Assembly: GCA_964353745.1 (NCBI GenBank)
Contig: CAYGWD010000002.1
Location: 1 to 61,705, forward strand
DNA: 61,705 nucleotides
Direction of reading: 5' to 3'
Origin: an uncultured archaeon
GTDB lineage: Archaea > Aenigmatarchaeota > Aenigmatarchaeia > Aenigmatarchaeales > Aenigmatarchaeaceae
Made by a program: the position numbers and the translations under genes. Positions 36,850 through 45,652 of this stretch are shown here, piece after piece. Each line of letters starts with the position of its first letter. Position 1 is the stretch's first letter. The notes under the pieces are model-generated. The model searched no databases. It was not told where the DNA came from and saw only the letters and a list, made by a program, of their open reading frames with translations.

Positions 36850-37570
36850 CTATCTCAACCCCATCAGTTATCTTCTTTCCTTCCAAAGTCTTTTTGTTCT
36901 CATTAATGATCTCCAAAGGAACAGAACTCATCGACAAGAAAGCCTTTCCTATGTCCATCTCAAGAGCATTGGCTATTGATATCAAATCTCTCGGAGCTCT
37001 CATGTCCCAGACAGTTTGCGCGCCAGAGCATATAACCATAGGGGTCCTGAAATGGTTGCACAGCCTGATGTTCTGAGCAATGTGGTCTAGTATGTAGGAT
37101 CTAGGTTTCCTGAAGCTGTTCAGTATCTCTCTAAAGTTTATCTCAATGGCAACATTATTCTGCGTTGCTAATTGCAGGCAAGGCTCGTCCAAGCCATTGT
37201 CATACCTACCAAACTCAGGATGAGATAAGATATCAACTCTTGGATCCTCGCAGGCAGCTCTGTTAATGGTGTAATCTCCGCCGCTAACAGCAACTATCAT
37301 AACCTTTTCCCTGACCCTGCTTATAACCTCTTTTAATTCTGTCACATTCTTTGCTTGAATCTTTACTCCTAGATAAACTTCCAAGTCTGTTTTGAACTTG
37401 TCTATCTCATTCTTTAATTCATTCAGTTTTTCCAAGCCTTGATAATTATCACATATGGCTATTCCTGCGTATCCCAATCTCTTGGCAAAGTCTATTATAT
37501 GCTCTACACCACTCTCTCCGCCTGACAAATTGCTTTGGGTGTGCAAATCGTAAAATTTCATCGCTTTCAC
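36842..37570 (-). CDS. rnp3: RNase P protein component 3 (Rpp30)
   Basis: PHP/TIM-barrel-like protein, FYDLH N-terminus, ~240 aa, conserved position. Confidence 0.8.
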   Translation of the reverse strand: MKAMKFYDLHTQSNLSGGESGVEHIIDFAKRLGYAGIAICDNYQGLEKLNELKNEIDKFKTDLEVYLGVKIQAKNVTELKEVISRVREKVMIVAVSGGDYTINRAACEDPRVDILSHPEFGRYDNGLDEPCLQLATQNNVAIEINFREILNSFRKPRSYILDHIAQNIRLCNHFRTPMVICSGAQTVWDMRAPRDLISIANALEMDIGKAFLSMSSVPLEIINENKKTLEGKKITDGVEIVE

Positions 37571-37690
37571 CGTTAAATGTTACCATTAATTATTGGTAGT
37601 TATCTTTAAAATATTGGATTTTTTGATAAGTTTTTATTGTAGGTTTTATTAATTCAGGACATGAAAGATTAGGGAAAAGACAGAATGGGT

Positions 37691-38173
37691 TTATTTACCC
37701 TTCATCAATTCTTTTATTGGAGTTGTGAAATCTAAAAAATGATCTTTTGAAATTGGAACCAAAAAACTTTCGTGAAAAGCTTTAACACCTTTACATTTTG
37801 TTCTAATATTTGCTATAAAATCTATGTAGTCTTTATAAATTTTATGGAAAGCGATTATTAAACAATTTTTTCCCATTCCCTCGCCTGAGGCTGCGAACGC
37901 AATTTCAGGGTAAGTTTCCTTCAATAGCTTCAAACAAGTTTCCATGTGTTTCTTTGAAGTTTCACATCTTCCAAAATTAAAAGAAACTAAATTAATTCCT
38001 ATTTCTGGAAATGCCGGCATTACTGTGTAAGTTTTAATAACGTTTTTTTCTAGTTTTTTCCTAATTCTTGTTATTGTAGGTTGAGACAAGTTTAATGTTT
38101 TTGCTATGTCCCTATCGCTTTTTTTGGAGTTTTTAACTAATTCGATAAACACATCTTTAACTCTTTTTTTCAT
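37691..38173 (-). CDS. Lrp/AsnC-type HTH transcriptional regulator
   Basis: KKSDRDIAKTLNLSQPTITRIRKKLEKNVIK. Confidence 0.65.
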   Translation of the reverse strand: MKKRVKDVFIELVKNSKKSDRDIAKTLNLSQPTITRIRKKLEKNVIKTYTVMPAFPEIGINLVSFNFGRCETSKKHMETCLKLLKETYPEIAFAASGEGMGKNCLIIAFHKIYKDYIDFIANIRTKCKGVKAFHESFLVPISKDHFLDFTTPIKELMKGK

Positions 38174-38224
38174 GAATTAAATAATGATTAGAAATATTTA
38201 AAGTTAAATTAATAGTTAATGATG

Positions 38225-38407
38225 CTTTCTTTATCATGCGTCACTTTTAAATGTTTGGTCAGAGAATCCATTCGAGAGAGCATTCCACGTTCAACTCGAT
38301 GGAAGTCGTAAACCCTTTGTAAAGTATTTTAGGCTAAAAATGCCATCTTTTGGCTAAAATGCCAAAAATCGATGCAAACTCAAAACCCTGGCCAGTTTTT
38401 GATTTTT
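38225..38407 (+). other. structured non-coding stretch (candidate small RNA; strand and family unassigned)
   Basis: 9-bp hairpin 38267-38276/38295-38303; duplicated GGCTAAAA(A)TGCC hairpins at 38332-38344 and 38350-38365; palindrome CTGGCCAG followed by two T5 runs (38388-38407). No ORF. Confidence 0.3.
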
Positions 38408-38466
38408 GTTTGATTTATAGAGTTTCCTAAAATATGTAAAGTATCATAAAGTATGGCGTAAAGTAA

Positions 38467-38712
38467 TTATAACTTCTCTTTCTTCTTTATTTTTTTCAAT
38501 CTAAAATTCTTTGACCCGGTTTCAAAGTCTTTGGCATAATAATAGGGTGCAAGTATTATTGCGATTAAAGCAATTCCTATGAAAATTATTAATAAGGCGA
38601 TATAAATTGTAAAGGTTATCAGGCCAATCACAATAAAAACTACTATTCCTAAAAGCATCAAAGCTAGCAAAAGACCTAAACCTCTTAGATAAGTTTTTAA
38701 TTTGTTTTCCAT
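38467..38712 (-). CDS. small membrane protein
   Basis: Two long hydrophobic helices. Confidence 0.5.
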   Translation of the reverse strand: MENKLKTYLRGLGLLLALMLLGIVVFIVIGLITFTIYIALLIIFIGIALIAIILAPYYYAKDFETGSKNFRLKKIKKKEKL

Positions 38713-38714
38713 GA

Positions 38715-39446
38715 TTATCTTTTCCCTAGCATGCCGGTAGCCAAGCCCATACCAATGCCAGCAGCGAGCGCGCCTCTATGCTTGAGGTAAGGTTCAAGTT
38801 CTGCAGCTAGTTTTTCTGCAGTCATGCTTTGAAGCACAACCTTTCCAGGTCCTGTTAGTCTCGCTAAAAATATTCCCTGACCTGCAAACAAAGAGGTTTT
38901 AATTCCGCCAGGTCTTTGTATGTCATAAGTTACTGTCGGATCAAAACCTACTATATGGCTTGTCGCTACCTGTATAGTCTGTCCTTGACTAAGATTATAC
39001 TCTACCAAGTCTCCGACCGCATGCACAAAAACATTTCCAGGTCCTGTTAATTTTTGCAATATAAATCCTTCTCCTCCAAAGAAGGCAGCACCTATCTTGG
39101 CGAATTGAAAGTCTATGTTCACTCCAGGTTCTGCGCACAGGAAAGCTCCCCTTTCAGCAATAAAGCTTTTTCCGGCAGGTATTGAAATAACTTTTATTTT
39201 TCCTGGAAGTGTGCCGGCAAAGCCAATCAGCCCTGTTCCAGATTCACAAGTAAATTTTGCAAGAAAGAAACTTTCTTTGGTCATAACTCTTTTTATCGCA
39301 CCCGTTAGTCCGCCTTTCATTTCAGCGTCTATTCTAACGTTCTCGGATTTGTAAACAAGCCTTCCAGCCTCAGAATAGACATATTCGCCTTTAGCTAACT
39401 CAATGTTTACAATCTGCAAGTTGTCTCCGATTATCTTGTATTTCAT
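38715..39446 (-). CDS. AIM24/DUF124 (TIGR00266) family protein
   Basis: MKYKIIGDNLQIVNIELAKGE...; repeated beta-rich halves ending in a Gly-rich tail. Confidence 0.7.
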   Translation of the reverse strand: MKYKIIGDNLQIVNIELAKGEYVYSEAGRLVYKSENVRIDAEMKGGLTGAIKRVMTKESFFLAKFTCESGTGLIGFAGTLPGKIKVISIPAGKSFIAERGAFLCAEPGVNIDFQFAKIGAAFFGGEGFILQKLTGPGNVFVHAVGDLVEYNLSQGQTIQVATSHIVGFDPTVTYDIQRPGGIKTSLFAGQGIFLARLTGPGKVVLQSMTAEKLAAELEPYLKHRGALAAGIGMGLATGMLGKR

Positions 39447-39448
39447 AA

Positions 39449-39958
39449 TTATAATCCTCTAGATTTCTTTCCTGCGGATGTCAAGCCTCTGAATACCCTT
39501 CCTCTGTTGGCAGGAAGACATATCCAGTTTAACTTGGTATCGTTCTTTATGCAAGGATGCTCGGGGTCGACCATTATGATCTCGAACCATATGTGCTTTC
39601 CATCCTCGGCAATATAATAGCTGTTTAGGACTTCCAAGTTAGGGAACTTTCTCGCGACTCTCGCCTCCGCTATATGCTGCAGATTCATGGCAGGCGTCAT
39701 TGAGGTCATTCCTGCGTGCAAGGGCTTTCTTCCACCGACAAAGTGCTCTCTTTTGCTAGAACCTTTGCCAATTCTCGTTCTTGCCAAGACAAAACCCTGC
39801 TTTGCCTTGTATCCGAGTGAATGGGCCCTGTCTAGTTTTGTTGGCCTTTCTATTCTCAATGTGACAGGCTCTCTTCTCCAAGAAATTAGTCTTTCCTTGA
39901 TCATCTTTTCGTATTCAGGACTCTTCCTAAATTGTTTAAGGTACTTTGCATAACCCAT
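39449..39958 (-). CDS. rpl15e: 50S ribosomal protein L15e (eL15)
   Basis: YKAKQGFVLARTRIGKG...GGRKP...RGLTSAGKKSRGL. Confidence 0.9.
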   Translation of the reverse strand: MGYAKYLKQFRKSPEYEKMIKERLISWRREPVTLRIERPTKLDRAHSLGYKAKQGFVLARTRIGKGSSKREHFVGGRKPLHAGMTSMTPAMNLQHIAEARVARKFPNLEVLNSYYIAEDGKHIWFEIIMVDPEHPCIKNDTKLNWICLPANRGRVFRGLTSAGKKSRGL

Positions 39959-40303
39959 CTCACATCACCATAAGGTTTCAAGCTTTATTAAGTATAAGCA
40001 CAAGTGTTTTTATTCTTTTTGGTTTCAGAAATTTTCATCTATAGTTTTGCATAGAACTTTCCAGGTCACGCAAGAATAATCTAAATTTTTCTTCTTCAGT
40101 TACCTTCGTTGGTTTGGCTACTAATCTGTCGCTTATGCTAGCTATCCTTATGCCTTCAGAGATGAAATGCTCCCCAATCTTCCTTGGTTTGTTTGGCGAT
40201 TCTAAGGACATAAAAAAGATATCAACAGAAAAAGATTTAAAGCTGAATTTGCAGGCTAAGTTATTTATATTAAAAAATTTATAAGAGATGTAGGTGAAAA
40301 TTA

Positions 40304-40534
40304 ATGGGAGTAGAAAAAATCATACTAGGAATAATATTAGTGATAATAGGGTTGTTGCTTATATTGCCAGTCACTTGGTGCCAGAGCATTTCACTGCCTT
40401 GCTTTAGTTTGTGGCAGGATCTATGGCTAGTTCTCAAGGGTATTGTGCCGGCGTTTCTGATATTCATTGGAGCGATTTTAGTTTGGATAGAATCGGAAGA
40501 ACTGAAAATAGAGAGACCCAAGAGAAGAAGATAA
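40304..40534 (+). CDS. small membrane protein
   Basis: Two TM helices and a basic C-terminus. Confidence 0.45.
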   Translation: MGVEKIILGIILVIIGLLLILPVTWCQSISLPCFSLWQDLWLVLKGIVPAFLIFIGAILVWIESEELKIERPKRRR

Positions 40535-41500
40535 TCATACCCTTAGCTTATTTATTTCATCCAATTGTAAAATAGAGACGGTTAAACTTTTTATTAGTTT
40601 TTTGTTGCCGTATTTTACAATTGTTTTATTATCTTTTGCGTCAGAGTATCTGGCGGTCAACTGAGCCGCTTTCTCAATCGAGTCGTTTTTCTTAGGGCCT
40701 TGCAGGATTGTCAAGGGACTCCCTATGTCAGGAACTTCAAAGATGTAGTCTGTTCTTTGTTTTAACTCTAGCAACTTTTTGTTTTCTTCCTCGTTCCTGC
40801 CAACGATTATCTTGTTGTTCTTGTATCGGAAGTGCCTGCCTACCTTTAAGATTTCTAAATCTTCTTTCCTTATATTCTTCTTATGCATCAACAGGTCCCT
40901 GGTCTTATTGGCAAACTCCCTGTAAGTTAACAGGCAACCGCCAGCAGGTGAAGGGTACTCTTTTATTCCAAACTTCCTTGCCAATTTGAATTGCCTTTCC
41001 CTTTTCCTGCCGCTGATATCAAGCAGCCTGTTTCTATCAACCCATTTTTTCTCAGCCTCTGTTATTGGAAGCAGCTTGGCTGACAGAGGCCTTAGCAATC
41101 TTCCCTTCAAACCAGCTTCCTTCTCTATCAATTCCAAAGCATTCTTGTTCTGACTCATTGGCCTTTCTCCAAGAACCTCTCCTGTAAAAATGAATTTTGC
41201 TCCAATCTTTTTTGCATAATTCTTTGCTTTTTTAAACATGAATATCTTGCAGTCTATGCAAGGGTTCATCTCAGATCCATAGCCATGCTTGGGTTTCCTT
41301 AACATCTTCAGATAGTCTTTGGTAACGCCAATTTCCTTTAATGGAATTTTTATTTGCTCTGCCATTCTAATTGCATTTTTAGGCGGAAAGAAAGGCGTAT
41401 AGAAATTTACTAGTTCAACTTCTATTCCTTGTTCTTGAATCAGTTTTGCGGCTATTATAGAATCCAAACCGCCTGAAAACAAGCCTAACGCCTTAATCAT
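40535..41500 (-). CDS. PP-loop ATPase (ThiI/MnmA-like tRNA thiolation family)
   Basis: FSGGLDS PP-loop, CIDCK, GEVLGERPMSQ, AGGCLLT. Confidence 0.65.
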   Translation of the reverse strand: MIKALGLFSGGLDSIIAAKLIQEQGIEVELVNFYTPFFPPKNAIRMAEQIKIPLKEIGVTKDYLKMLRKPKHGYGSEMNPCIDCKIFMFKKAKNYAKKIGAKFIFTGEVLGERPMSQNKNALELIEKEAGLKGRLLRPLSAKLLPITEAEKKWVDRNRLLDISGRKRERQFKLARKFGIKEYPSPAGGCLLTYREFANKTRDLLMHKKNIRKEDLEILKVGRHFRYKNNKIIVGRNEEENKKLLELKQRTDYIFEVPDIGSPLTILQGPKKNDSIEKAAQLTARYSDAKDNKTIVKYGNKKLIKSLTVSILQLDEINKLRV

Positions 41501-41527
41501 AATAGAGATTGCTTTTGATAATTTTAA

Positions 41528-41561
41528 AAATGATGCGCTAGTTCAAATCCTGCCCTCCGCA
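41528..41561 (+). repeat. tRNA 3'-end-like repeat, copy D
   Basis: AAATGATGCGCTAGTTCAAATCCTGCCCTCCGCA. The downstream GATGTTCTTC is shared with copy A. Confidence 0.7.
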
Positions 41562-41643
41562 CATCTGATGTTCTTCGCTAATTGACATGTAGAATGGCAA
41601 TAAGCATTTAAAGATTATTTTCTTATTTAATAAAACTGATTAA

Positions 41644-42114
41644 ATGACTACACTTTATACACTTGACATGGATTTGATAGACAGAAGTAAGGAGAACAAC
41701 CCTTCATTACATAAGATATATGTTCTAGAAAATCCTGAGAATCCTTGGAAAGATGAATGTAATGAGATTGCTAAAATGAAAAACGATTTGCAAAAATCTA
41801 GATTGTTGCAAAGAAGTCATTATGGAACTTTTGTTTGTCACTCTGATTTAGGTGGTGGCTATACTCTTTTGTCCGAATTTAATCCAAAAAATTATTTCTT
41901 GAAATTGCCTATACTTCTTAGAAACATCAACTTAGAAACACCAAAATTGCATGAAAGAGCATTTCCTATTGCTTCTGAAGCTAATATAGTGCCTTCACTG
42001 AATATTGCAGGAAGTGCTATTGCCAGCTTTGATCAAGAAATATTATTCGAGCAGGGTCCAGAAGCTTTTAGGGAAGAATGGTATCCTGAAACTGTGTTTA
42101 AAATTAAAAAATAA
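41644..42114 (+). CDS. hypothetical protein
   Basis: Open frame. Confidence 0.4.
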   Translation: MTTLYTLDMDLIDRSKENNPSLHKIYVLENPENPWKDECNEIAKMKNDLQKSRLLQRSHYGTFVCHSDLGGGYTLLSEFNPKNYFLKLPILLRNINLETPKLHERAFPIASEANIVPSLNIAGSAIASFDQEILFEQGPEAFREEWYPETVFKIKK

Positions 42115-42139
42115 ATAATAGTAAATACAAATTCATAAG

Positions 42140-42517
42140 ATGATAGAGATACGAAAAGTAAGTGCTGACTCGAGAGGAAAACTGTTTGTTCTAAACGAGG
42201 ATGGCGTGGAATTTGCTCACATAGCCACAATAAAAAAGGGCGCATCCAGAGGCGGGCATTTTCACACCAAACCTGAAAAAATAATTGTCCTAGACGGGGA
42301 AGTGGAGTGCTGGCTCGCAAGGACCGAGAACAAAAACAAAGAAACAAAAGGTTCTCTGCACGAAGGCGAGGCTTTGGTAGTGGAGGCAGGAGCGGCCCAT
42401 CTGCTAAAAGCAAAAACAGACTCTGTAATAATAGGAGTTATAGGCGAGGCCGAGACGACCAACTACGAGCCTTACAGAAAAGTGGTTGAGGAATTTCTAG
42501 CTAAAGACAGCTCGTAA
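42140..42517 (+). CDS. cupin-fold protein (WxcM/FdtA-like)
   Basis: DSRGKLFVL...ASRGGHFH...IIVLDGEV. Confidence 0.55.
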   Translation: MIEIRKVSADSRGKLFVLNEDGVEFAHIATIKKGASRGGHFHTKPEKIIVLDGEVECWLARTENKNKETKGSLHEGEALVVEAGAAHLLKAKTDSVIIGVIGEAETTNYEPYRKVVEEFLAKDSS

Positions 42518-42575
42518 AAGATAAGAATTTAAATCTAATTTTATAATTATTTTTTAGTAGTAAAAATGTGATGCC

Positions 42576-43097
42576 ATGAGAGAAATTGTGGAATCCTTAA
42601 AGAGAGCTTTGGAGAAGAAAGATTTCTATAGAACTGTTGAAAAGACAGGAGAACTTTTCGTAAGAGGTATGGGTTACTCTCTTGTTGAAGAATTTGATCC
42701 TGTAGCTAACAGTGCTGAAAAAGCTTTGTCAGGCCGTTTTCCTAAAACATCTGTAAAATCTTTCAAGGGAACCCTTAGGGAAGCTTATCAAGAACCTATC
42801 GGTAGTTCTCTCAATGTTAGTCACTATGCAAATCCTTCAGCAGAAAAAACTGAAGGGTCTGTTTGTAGCATATGCTATTATGGCGGATACCCAGACGCTC
42901 TTAAACTGAGTAAAACAGAATTCTTTCCTTATGGTGTTCTGTGGACAGAAGCTCTTCCTAGCAAGGAACAATTCCCAAGCAGCCAAATACAGCACGTAGA
43001 AATACTGAAACTGCCGAAAACTCAATTTATTCAACTGAACTCTGAAGAATTTTTAGAAGCTATTGAAAAAGTCTTTGAAAAATCAAAAAATAAATAA
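42576..43097 (+). CDS. hypothetical protein
   Basis: Open frame. Confidence 0.4.
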   Translation: MREIVESLKRALEKKDFYRTVEKTGELFVRGMGYSLVEEFDPVANSAEKALSGRFPKTSVKSFKGTLREAYQEPIGSSLNVSHYANPSAEKTEGSVCSICYYGGYPDALKLSKTEFFPYGVLWTEALPSKEQFPSSQIQHVEILKLPKTQFIQLNSEEFLEAIEKVFEKSKNK

Positions 43098-43117
43098 TTC
43101 TAGAAACAATTTCTAGC

Positions 43118-43297
43118 ATGGAAATTTTTTCTTCTGATACGGCATCCTTATGCGCGAAATGCAAGGGTAGGCTATGGTGTGGCAAGGACGGATGTCCTAT
43201 TCTTGTCAAGTTCTATACGCAGACAAAAGTCAAACCATTGATAGACTCGACATACATGGAAGGTTCTTCACCACCCTCAGTATTCATTAACCTCTAA
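43118..43297 (+). pseudogene. 5' fragment (59 codons) of an Nre-like gene, duplicate of the start of 45630..46856
   Basis: CAKCKGRLWCGKDGCPILVKFYTQTKVKPLIDSTYMEGSSPPSVFI aligns with CALCKGRLWCGKGRCSLLIKFYSYTKAKPLIDSTMLSGSSPPSCFI; it then diverges and stops. Confidence 0.7.
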
Positions 43298-43355
43298 GCG
43301 TTAAGTTTAAATCTCTTTACTTCTTAGTAATAATTGATAAAAAATAAATCAAAAT

Positions 43356-44129
43356 ATGATTGTTATGAATCAACTGACAACATATGTTATGCCGGAACCT
43401 CGCGTAAAGATTGTAGGCAGAGAATTTGGATTTGTAGGACAAGCTATTCCTGTAGAGGTTGAAGGCAACGTATTAGATTATCTAAGAGCAGCTGGCGTAT
43501 ATAATTCTGATGCGGATGTCCACAACGACTATGTTCATTTTGACGATAAATTTTCTGTGTCAGAAAGATTAGGAGAAGTTGATGAAGTATTAGCTATAAT
43601 TGATGGACCTAGACTGAAAAAAGATTTGGAGAGAAAGGGACATGCATTTTTGATGGCTAAAGGAGATGCCGGCAAGTTCAGAGATGATAAGGACAAAGGA
43701 TTTATAACATGCATAAACAGAGTAATTGAGGATTTAGTTTATCAGAAAATACCTAAAGAACTTAAGTTAGATTCTGAAGTAAGACATCTAAAATTGCAGG
43801 AGGCAGTTGAGCTAATGCTTTCTGACAAAGAAGTCAGAGATACAATGTGTGATTATTGGCAGAAAAATTTAGAAGTTTTTATTAGTTTATATAAACCAAA
43901 CAAGTCTTCTTATACATCGAAAGATGGGAAATTAGATATTGTACAAACTGAATCTGAATCTTTAAGTCCACTTATGGCTGCTTCTGTTGGGTCTAGGTGG
44001 AACGATTCCTATCCTCATCGTCGTCCCGTTGCTGGTACAGGCGGGTTGATAGGTAGGTCGGAAAATGGATCGTTGTACGGTTATGGCTCTACTGTCGCCA
44101 GTTTGAAAATGTCTCAAGTAAAAGAATAA
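43356..44129 (+). CDS. hypothetical protein (cargo of the LAGLIDADG cassette)
   Basis: Open frame. Confidence 0.45.
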   Translation: MIVMNQLTTYVMPEPRVKIVGREFGFVGQAIPVEVEGNVLDYLRAAGVYNSDADVHNDYVHFDDKFSVSERLGEVDEVLAIIDGPRLKKDLERKGHAFLMAKGDAGKFRDDKDKGFITCINRVIEDLVYQKIPKELKLDSEVRHLKLQEAVELMLSDKEVRDTMCDYWQKNLEVFISLYKPNKSSYTSKDGKLDIVQTESESLSPLMAASVGSRWNDSYPHRRPVAGTGGLIGRSENGSLYGYGSTVASLKMSQVKE

Positions 44130-44416
44130 AAAAATTGTTTTCTAAAATAAATTATGCAAGAACATTCTTTCCTTCTCTTCAAGTTAGAGGAGACTTGAGA
44201 ATATTCTATGATTACAAACTTCCAAGAAAAAGCAACATGGGAAAGTTTGAAAAGAAGTTAAGATACTAATTAAATATTATAAGGAAAATAAAATTACTAA
44301 AGAAAAATTAATGAAATCAGTAGAAAGATGGTTTGCTCATGCTAAATGTGGAAACATATATAAATATAGAAAAAATTTATGAAAATAATAAATAATACCA
44401 CCAACAATATTTAGTT

Positions 44417-45652
44417 ATGGGTAATGGGATTGTTAGTCTTTGGTCCTTACCAGAAGATAAAATTTATTTAGGTTTGGAAAAAGAATTCAAAGAAAAAATT
44501 TTCAATTCAGCAAAAGAATATGCAGGAACATGGGACAATCTTGGTAAAGAACTTAATTTAAAGGTAAATAAGTACGGTAATTGCAAAATTATAGAAAGTG
44601 CAAGATGTAAAAGATTTAGTCTTTCATTACTCAATAAAATTATAGATTATTTGAATTCTAAGGGTATAAGCATAGATAAAAGCCTCATAGAAAGAAAGGT
44701 AAATGTTATTTCTTCTAAACGTGGAGGATCGAACAAATTGGCTAACAGCATTTTCAATCCAAAATTGCCTTTTAATTTCGATACAATTGATGGGTCTACT
44801 GTAATATCCTCTATTTTTCACGATGGTGGAATCAATAGTAGAAGATTGCCTCATTACAGTAATCCTGAGAATCTAGAGTTAAGGCAAAAAGTTTACAAAG
44901 CTTTTACAAACGTTTTTGGAGAATTTGTGTCTAAAAAGAGCAATCCTATAGAAAATCAACAGTTATACTTTCCAAAAATAGTTGGGATTGTTCTAACTTA
45001 TGGATTAGGCATACCTTGTGGGAGAAGAGTTATAAACAATCCATCTATTCCTGAATTCATATTTAATTCTTCAGATGATATCAAATCAGCATTCATTCAA
45101 CAAGCTTTTGATGACGAGTCTCATGTTCATAGAACTGAGAGAAATATAAGCTTGAAATTATCGTCCGGATCAAAAAATCCTTCAAGCCTCATCATTGGCA
45201 TAAAAGACCTTTTAGAGGATTTGGGAATAGAGGCTAGCGGTCCTCATTATATCGATTACTATGAAACCAAAAAAAGTGTCAGAGCTTACAGATGGTATAT
45301 ATTAATAACACACCAGGATAATCTAAAAAGGTTCTATGAGAAAGTAGGGTTTCATTCGGCATACAAGCAAAAGAGACTTCAAGAGATAGTTCAGACCATC
45401 AAATGCCATCATTATTCTACTAAGAAAACGCATGAAATATATCAAATTGCTTGTAGAAATCTCCAAAAAAGATATGAATTTATAACCAGTAGAGAACTTG
45501 CTATAGAGTTAGGTAGGAGTCAAGAATTAGCCAAGAAAATTATTCAGAAACTTGTGAACAATAAAATTCTATTAGTTAAAGAATGCCGTCATGGAAACAG
45601 AGGAGCTAAATATGTTTTAGGTGATAAACATGAATCAGTGTGCATTGTGTAA
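44417..45652 (+). CDS. free-standing double-motif LAGLIDADG homing-endonuclease-like protein with C-terminal wHTH
   Basis: VISSIFHDGG and AFIQQAFDDES motifs ~92 aa apart; C-terminal ITSRELAIELGRSQELAKKIIQKLVNNKILL; stop overlaps the nre start by 23 nt. Confidence 0.65.
   Translation: MGNGIVSLWSLPEDKIYLGLEKEFKEKIFNSAKEYAGTWDNLGKELNLKVNKYGNCKIIESARCKRFSLSLLNKIIDYLNSKGISIDKSLIERKVNVISSKRGGSNKLANSIFNPKLPFNFDTIDGSTVISSIFHDGGINSRRLPHYSNPENLELRQKVYKAFTNVFGEFVSKKSNPIENQQLYFPKIVGIVLTYGLGIPCGRRVINNPSIPEFIFNSSDDIKSAFIQQAFDDESHVHRTERNISLKLSSGSKNPSSLIIGIKDLLEDLGIEASGPHYIDYYETKKSVRAYRWYILITHQDNLKRFYEKVGFHSAYKQKRLQEIVQTIKCHHYSTKKTHEIYQIACRNLQKRYEFITSRELAIELGRSQELAKKIIQKLVNNKILLVKECRHGNRGAKYVLGDKHESVCIV

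Noticed and set aside
38295-38345. RNase P RNA assignment for the 38.2-38.4 kb spacer
   Set aside because: There is only a vague resemblance (GGAAGTCG, GGCTAA) to the CR-I/CR-V elements. I could not form a P4 helix, and the region is short. It is kept only as an unassigned candidate RNA.
40035-40211. 58-aa minus-strand ORF in the 345-nt spacer after rpl15e
   Set aside because: It shows no recognisable motif and lies below the track cutoff. It may be real, but there is no support beyond an open frame.
41530-41575. C/D-box sRNA (ATGATGC ... CTGA) overlapping repeat copy D, and similar ATGATG/CTGA pairs at 4567-4587
   Set aside because: The box spacing (about 39 nt and 20 nt) is too short for a C-D'-C'-D architecture. 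The boxes are imperfect and not conserved among the four repeat copies.
44130-44416. RelE/ParE-like remnant (VRGDLRIFYDY) and another ORF scrap (SVERWFAHAKCGNIYKYRKNL) in the spacer of the nre cassette
   Set aside because: The matches are a few residues long, with no start codon or continuous frame. They are too weak to call, although the spacer does look like decayed coding DNA.
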